Source: an uncultured Eubacteriales bacterium (lineage in GTDB: Bacteria > Bacillota > Clostridia > Christensenellales > CAG-138). Taken from it: a DNA stretch of 64,000 nt. The notes below the pieces were generated by a model. It made no database searches, had not been told where the DNA came from, and saw only the letters and a program-made list of their open reading frames with translations. Location of the stretch: assembly GCA_902797145.1 (NCBI GenBank), contig CADBRR010000002.1, positions 5,203-69,202 of the forward strand, read 5' to 3'. The position numbers and the translations under genes are program-made. Shown here one piece after another: positions 58,871 to 64,000 of this stretch (position 1 is its first letter; each line of letters begins with the position of its first letter).

Positions 58871-60180
58871 CAATTCTTGATATAATTATCAAAAAGCGTG
58901 ATGGATATGAGCTTTCAAAGGAAGAAATAGATTTCTTTATAAAAGGGCTTGTAAATGGCGAAATTCCGGATTATCAAGTATCAGCGCTACTAATGGCGAT
59001 ATACTTTAATGGTATGACCGATGATGAAATTACGAACTTGACAATAAGTATGGCAGATTCGGGAGAAAAAGTAGATTTATCGGATATTGAAGGTATAAAG
59101 GCAGATAAGCATTCAACAGGTGGTGTTGGAGATACTACAACGCTTATTGCTGCGCCAATCGCTGCATCATGCGGTGCGATTATAGCTAAAATGTCAGGTA
59201 GAGGATTATCATTTTCAGGCGGAACGCTCGATAAACTTGAATCGCTTCCGGGTGTCAGTATTTCAAAGAGCATCGACGAGCTTAAAAATATAGTCCGTTC
59301 AAATGGAGTTTGTGTTGTAGGACAGACAAAGAATTTAGTGCCTGCTGATAAACTTTTGTATTCGCTTAGAGATGTAACGGGTACTGTTGACAGTATTCCT
59401 CTTATAGCGTCAAGTGTTATGAGTAAAAAGCTTGCATCAGGAGCTGATGTTATCGTTATTGATGTAAAAGTAGGTAATGGTGCGTTTATGAGCGATGTTT
59501 CAAAGGCTGAAAAGCTTGCGCAAACGATGGTCAGCATAGGCAGAAATAATGGTAAAAAAGTAGTTGCTGTTTTAAGCGATATGAATAGTCCGCTCGGTAA
59601 AAATATAGGAAACGCACTTGAAGTTAAAGAAGCGCTTGATGTTCTTTCGGGAAAAGTTGATGTTTCAGATAGATTGGTTTATGTATCGCTTGTGATTGCA
59701 GGGTATATTATATTTTTATCAGGAAATGCTAAATGTTTTGATGAAGCATTTGATATGGCAAAGAATGCGCTTTTTAGCGGAAAAGCACTTGAAAAGTTTG
59801 AGAATATGCTTATGTATCTCGGCGCTGATAAAAAAGATATTGATAATATAGACAATTTTATCAAGACCGAGAATACGCTTGAAATAAAGGCTGAAAAGAC
59901 CGGATATGTAAATGCAATATATGCTAAAAATATCGGTATTGCCTCGCTTAAGCTCGGCGCTGGCAGGGAAAAGAAAGATGATAACATAGACCATGCAGTT
60001 GGTATCGTTTTGAATTGCCGTGTTGGTGATAAGGTAAATAAAGGCGATACACTTGCCTTTATAAATTATAACAATAAAGAAAATATACGCATAGCGGAAG
60101 AACTCGTTAAAACCGCTATGATTATTGAAGATGATAGGGCGGAAGATATACCGCTTATTTATAAGATTATCGGAGGATAA
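58867..60180 (+). CDS. pdp: Pyrimidine-nucleoside (thymidine) phosphorylase
   Basis: 437 aa. ILDIIIKKRDG..LSKEEI, DKHSTGGVGD, SGRGLSFSGGTLDKLES. Confidence 0.9.
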   Translation: MTILDIIIKKRDGYELSKEEIDFFIKGLVNGEIPDYQVSALLMAIYFNGMTDDEITNLTISMADSGEKVDLSDIEGIKADKHSTGGVGDTTTLIAAPIAASCGAIIAKMSGRGLSFSGGTLDKLESLPGVSISKSIDELKNIVRSNGVCVVGQTKNLVPADKLLYSLRDVTGTVDSIPLIASSVMSKKLASGADVIVIDVKVGNGAFMSDVSKAEKLAQTMVSIGRNNGKKVVAVLSDMNSPLGKNIGNALEVKEALDVLSGKVDVSDRLVYVSLVIAGYIIFLSGNAKCFDEAFDMAKNALFSGKALEKFENMLMYLGADKKDIDNIDNFIKTENTLEIKAEKTGYVNAIYAKNIGIASLKLGAGREKKDDNIDHAVGIVLNCRVGDKVNKGDTLAFINYNNKENIRIAEELVKTAMIIEDDRAEDIPLIYKIIGG

Positions 60181-60184
60181 TGTT

Positions 60185-62758
60185 TTGAAAAAGTTGATTG
60201 CAATAGATGGAAATAGCCTTATGCACAGAGCATACTGGGCAATGCCAAATATGTCTACAAAGTCAGGAGTGCCGACAGGCGCAGTATATGGTTTTATAAA
60301 TATGCTTTTGAAGCTTCTGCAATATGAACCTGATTATATGGTTGTTGCGTTCGATATGCACGCACCAACGTTCAGGCATATAGAGTATAAAGAATATAAG
60401 GCAGGAAGACGAGAAACACCTGATGACCTGATAAAGCAGTTTGATATGATTAAGAAAATGCTTTCACTTATGGGTATAGCGGTATGTGAATGTGAGGGAT
60501 TTGAGGCGGATGATATTCTCGGAACATTTTCTGTTATTGCAAACAACAATGATATTGAAGCGTTGCTTGTAACAGGTGATAGGGATTCGTTCCAACTTGT
60601 AAGCGATAAAACACACGTTTTGTTTACAAAAAAGGGTATAACGGATACGATTGAATATGATGTTGAAGAAATAAAAACTCAGTATGGACTTACTCCGAAG
60701 CAGATGATTGACTTGAAGTCGCTTATGGGAGATAATTCCGATAATATTCCGGGTATTCCAGGAATAGGTGAAAAAACTGCGTTGAAGCTTCTTGAAAAAT
60801 ATTCAAATCTTGAAAATGTGCTTGAACACGCAACTGATGAAAAAGGTGCGCTTCAGAAAAAGCTGATTGAAGGCAAGGAATCTGCTAAAATGAGCTATTG
60901 GCTCGGAACAATAAAGACAGATGCTCCGGTAACTTTAACGCTTGAAGAATGTAAATTTGATAAGAATAATCTTTCAAATGCAAGCGAATACATAATTCAG
61001 CTTGAAATGAGAAGCCTTGCGGGGAAACTCCCGAAAGGCGATACTAATTTCGTAAAAGATGTTCAAGCATCACATAATATCGAAATTAAAACGATAAATG
61101 ACGAAAGCGGTATTGAACAGCTTGTACAAAAACTGCTTGATTGTAAAAGATTCGCTTTCGATATTGGCGAAAGATTTACTGTTTCAGTAGAAGAGGATTT
61201 AGAATATGAAATAGTAATTGGCGGAGAAAGTCTGTTCGATGTGGGACTTGATGACGCTTTTGTTATGGATAGGCTTAAAAAAGTATTTGAAGATAATAAA
61301 ATAAAGAAAATCGTATTCGATGCCAAAAAGCATATGCACACGCTTTCAAGATATGATGTAAAGCTTGCAGGCGTAGAATATGATATAATGGTAATGGATT
61401 ATCTTATAAATGCAATAAATCCTGCCGATTCTTTGGAACAGTTGACGTTTACGAAAATGAATGGCGCAAAAGCAGGCGCAGGTGTGCTTTTCATTATTTA
61501 TAAAGATATGGCAGATGAGTTAGAACAGCTTTCGCTAAAAAAACTTTATGATGAAATAGAGCTCCCGCTTGTTGAAGTTTTATACGATATGGAGAAAACC
61601 GGGGTTAGGGTTGATAAGAATGTTCTTGAACAGCTTGGGTCAGGTTTTTCAGATATAATCAGTGAAACTGAGGAAAAAATATATGCGCTTGCAGGCGAAA
61701 AATTCAATATTCTTTCGACAAAACAGCTTGGGAATATCCTGTTTGAAAAGCTTGCGCTTCCACATGGAAAAAAGACGAAGACAGGGTATTCAACAGCTCA
61801 GGATGTGCTTGAAAATATATACGATGCACACGAGATAGTTCCGTTAATTCTTGAATACAGAACTATATCAAAGCTTAAAAGTACATTTATTGATGGTATG
61901 ATAAGTCAGCTTTCAGCAAGCAGCGATGGAAGAATACATACAAGCTTTAATCAGACGGTTACTGCAACAGGAAGAATTTCAAGCACAGAACCGAATTTAC
62001 AGAATATACCTACAAGAACTGAAACAGGTAGGGAAATAAGGAAAGCGTTTGTAAGCAGTGAGAACAATGTTCTTGTCGGAGCTGATTATTCACAAATAGA
62101 ATTAAGGCTGCTTGCGCATATGAGCGCTGATGAAAAAATGATAAAGGCATTCAATGATGGAGTTGATATTCACAGAATGACTGCATCAGAAGTTTTTTCT
62201 GTTGAGCCTGAGTTTGTTACAAAGGAGCAGCGTTCTGCTGCAAAAGCAGTAAATTTCGGCATAGTATACGGAATAAGCGATTTCGGACTCGCAAAGAACA
62301 TAGGCACTACAAGAAAAATGGCAGGCGAGTATATAAAGCTGTATTTTGAAAGATATAGCGGTGTTGAACGATATATGAAAGAAAGCGTTGAAAAATGCAA
62401 AGAAAACGGTTATGCAATAACGCTTATGGGCAGACGAAGAGATGTTCCCGAACTCAAATCATCGAATTTCAATACTCGTTCATTCGGTGAAAGGGTTGCT
62501 ATGAATATGCCTATTCAGGGGACGGCAGCAGATATAATAAAGCTTGCTATGGTCAAAGTCTATAATGAATTAAAGGAAAATAACCTTAAAGCAAAGCTTA
62601 TTTTGCAGGTTCATGACGAGCTTATTATAGATACGCCTGAAGATGAAAAGGAAAAGGTAAGCGAAATATTGAGCCGTTGTATGCAGAATGTAATGAAGTT
62701 GTCAGTTCCTTTGACAGCGGATATTAAGTCAGGAAAGAATTGGTATGAAACAAAATAG
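60185..62758 (+). CDS. polA: DNA polymerase I
   Basis: 5'-nuclease domain (LIAIDGNSLMHRAY, GDRDSFQL), 3'-5' exonuclease-like region, and Pol A motifs (DYSQIELRLLAH, RSAAKAVNFGIVYG, QVHDELI). The start is set at TTG 60185, 7 nt after GGAGGA; the ORF-track ATG at 60125 lies inside pdp. Confidence 0.95.
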   Translation: MKKLIAIDGNSLMHRAYWAMPNMSTKSGVPTGAVYGFINMLLKLLQYEPDYMVVAFDMHAPTFRHIEYKEYKAGRRETPDDLIKQFDMIKKMLSLMGIAVCECEGFEADDILGTFSVIANNNDIEALLVTGDRDSFQLVSDKTHVLFTKKGITDTIEYDVEEIKTQYGLTPKQMIDLKSLMGDNSDNIPGIPGIGEKTALKLLEKYSNLENVLEHATDEKGALQKKLIEGKESAKMSYWLGTIKTDAPVTLTLEECKFDKNNLSNASEYIIQLEMRSLAGKLPKGDTNFVKDVQASHNIEIKTINDESGIEQLVQKLLDCKRFAFDIGERFTVSVEEDLEYEIVIGGESLFDVGLDDAFVMDRLKKVFEDNKIKKIVFDAKKHMHTLSRYDVKLAGVEYDIMVMDYLINAINPADSLEQLTFTKMNGAKAGAGVLFIIYKDMADELEQLSLKKLYDEIELPLVEVLYDMEKTGVRVDKNVLEQLGSGFSDIISETEEKIYALAGEKFNILSTKQLGNILFEKLALPHGKKTKTGYSTAQDVLENIYDAHEIVPLILEYRTISKLKSTFIDGMISQLSASSDGRIHTSFNQTVTATGRISSTEPNLQNIPTRTETGREIRKAFVSSENNVLVGADYSQIELRLLAHMSADEKMIKAFNDGVDIHRMTASEVFSVEPEFVTKEQRSAAKAVNFGIVYGISDFGLAKNIGTTRKMAGEYIKLYFERYSGVERYMKESVEKCKENGYAITLMGRRRDVPELKSSNFNTRSFGERVAMNMPIQGTAADIIKLAMVKVYNELKENNLKAKLILQVHDELIIDTPEDEKEKVSEILSRCMQNVMKLSVPLTADIKSGKNWYETK

Positions 62759-63350
62759 TTTTGTAATAGGGCTTACAGGTTCAATAGGTTCGGGAAAATC
62801 TGCTGTTTCATCAATACTTGCAGAAAAGGGTGCAGATGTTATAGATGCAGATATGATTTCAAGGGAGATTTTCAATATAGGCGAAAATGCTTATAAAATG
62901 GTCGTTGAATCGTTTGGCAAAACAATACTTGCGCAAGATGGAACGATTGATAGAAAGAAACTTGCACAAATAGTTTTTTCTGATGAAAAAGAACTTGAAA
63001 AACTCAATAGCATAACGCATCCTGAAATTATTTCAATTATAAAGCAGAGGATTAACGAAAGCGAATGCGATGTAATCGTTATAGATGCTCCGCTGCTTAT
63101 TGAATGTGAACTCGATAAAATTTGTGATGTTGTATGGGTAGTAACAGCGCCTATTGAAACAAGGCTTGAACGAATAATAAAAAGGGATAACTGTACATTA
63201 GCCCATGCAAAGAAAAGAACTGAGTCGCAAATGAGTGAACAGGAAAAAATAAAATATGCAGATGTTTTAATAAATAATGGAGGAACGCTTGAACAACTGC
63301 GTGAAATAGTAAATGGAGAATACAAAAAAATCACAAAAATCAGGCAATAA
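62745..63350 (+). CDS. coaE: Dephospho-CoA kinase
   Basis: 201 aa. GLTGSIGSGKS P-loop, ITHP, DAPLLIE. Confidence 0.9.
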   Translation: MKQNSFVIGLTGSIGSGKSAVSSILAEKGADVIDADMISREIFNIGENAYKMVVESFGKTILAQDGTIDRKKLAQIVFSDEKELEKLNSITHPEIISIIKQRINESECDVIVIDAPLLIECELDKICDVVWVVTAPIETRLERIIKRDNCTLAHAKKRTESQMSEQEKIKYADVLINNGGTLEQLREIVNGEYKKITKIRQ

Positions 63351-63906
63351 ATTGATTGTAATCATAATATGCGTTATGGTCTTTGCTTTGTCAGCAGCAT
63401 TAATAAAAGTCTTTGTTGTAGATAAAATGATTTATAAGCTTGATTATAAGGATGAAATAATTAAATATTCGGATAAATATGAAGTAGATAGATTCCTTAT
63501 TGCCGCTATGATACATTGCGAAAGCAGCAATAGGCAGAAGGTTCGTTCATCAAAAGGCGCAGTTGGACTTATGCAGATTATGCCCAAGACGGGTGAATGG
63601 ATAGCTCCAAAGATAGGAATTGAAAATTTTGAAGAGAATATGCTTGAAAATCCTGAAATAAATATAGAGATGGGTTGCTGGTATGTAAAATACCTGACCG
63701 ATATGTTTGATGGAGATATTACTAAGATATGCGCAGCATATAATGCCGGTCAAGGTAATGTGAAAAAATGGCTTGAAAACAGCGAATATTGCGTAGATGG
63801 AGAGCTTGTTAAAACTCCGTTTAATGAAACAAATGGTTATATAAGAAAGGTGAAAGCTGCCTATGAAAAATACAAAACATTATATGGAACGGAACTCGGT
63901 AAATAG
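63313..63906 (+). CDS. Membrane-anchored lytic transglycosylase (SLT domain)
   Basis: 197 aa with an N-terminal anchor. Catalytic ES motif (IHCESSN), GLMQIMPKTG, AYNAGQGNV. Confidence 0.8.
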   Translation: MENTKKSQKSGNKLIVIIICVMVFALSAALIKVFVVDKMIYKLDYKDEIIKYSDKYEVDRFLIAAMIHCESSNRQKVRSSKGAVGLMQIMPKTGEWIAPKIGIENFEENMLENPEINIEMGCWYVKYLTDMFDGDITKICAAYNAGQGNVKKWLENSEYCVDGELVKTPFNETNGYIRKVKAAYEKYKTLYGTELGK

Positions 63907-64000
63907 GGTTATAGCGGTTATCCTGTGCATGATAATGCTTATGGGAACAGGCTGTTCAAAGCAAGAGGAGCTTCCGCCTACATACACGTTTGTTCCTGTA
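63884..64000 (+). CDS. Putative lipoprotein, 5' fragment (runs off the window)
   Basis: ATG 63884 gives MERNSVNRVIAVILCMIMLMGTGCSKQEE..., a signal peptide with a lipobox-like LMGTGC. Open to the end of the window and not in the ORF track because it is truncated. Confidence 0.4.
   Translation, partial: MERNSVNRVIAVILCMIMLMGTGCSKQEELPPTYTFVPV

Noticed and set aside
58974-59537. 187-aa ORF antisense to the pyrimidine-nucleoside phosphorylase gene. Similar long antisense or alternate-frame ORFs include 30481-30987, 54990-55496, 28373-28822, 2546-2986, 1366-1797, 62891-63334 and 15967-16365.
   Set aside because: Each lies entirely inside a gene with strong family-level evidence. They have Ser/Ile/Leu/Phe-rich low-complexity translations, no RBS and no recognisable motifs. 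These are typical shadow ORFs.

Overview
Low-GC, densely coding chromosomal segment, most consistent with an anaerobic Clostridia/Oscillospiraceae (Ruminococcus-like) genome; no species call is possible from this window. The lineage call rests on two secreted proteins ending in type-I dockerin modules, a [FeFe]-hydrogenase fragment beside bcd-etfBA, a YabM/YabN/HU block and feoAAB. I support about 55 protein-coding genes, with several start codons re-set from the ORF track to RBS-supported starts. I also call a set of intrinsic terminators and sigma-A-like promoters. I saw no rRNA, tRNA, CRISPR array, transposase, integrase or phage gene, so this looks like core genome with a few accessory islands. 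The most unusual content is as follows. (1) An F1Fo ATP synthase operon (43225-49102) keeps the canonical gene order but is remodelled. It has no separate delta gene: only the delta/OSCP C-terminal domain is present, fused in frame to alpha. Subunit c carries a signal-peptide-like presequence, epsilon is reduced to its beta-sandwich, gamma is short and atpI is absent. (2) A VTC (triphosphate-tunnel/polyphosphate-polymerase-like) plus DUF4956 membrane-protein pair (20023-21400) lies between two OmpR-type two-component systems. Inverted pairs of 11-bp direct repeats in the divergent promoter region suggest control by the upstream system. (3) The second two-component system and a VanY-like carboxypeptidase share a [T/G]TACAA-N8-TATAAT promoter layout. 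(4) The feoA-feoA-feoB operon encodes a FeoB with a roughly 150-aa acidic insertion in its first external loop and has a DtxR/IdeR-like operator next to a perfect 16-bp palindrome in its promoter. All functional calls come from by-eye motif and family recognition, not from database searches.
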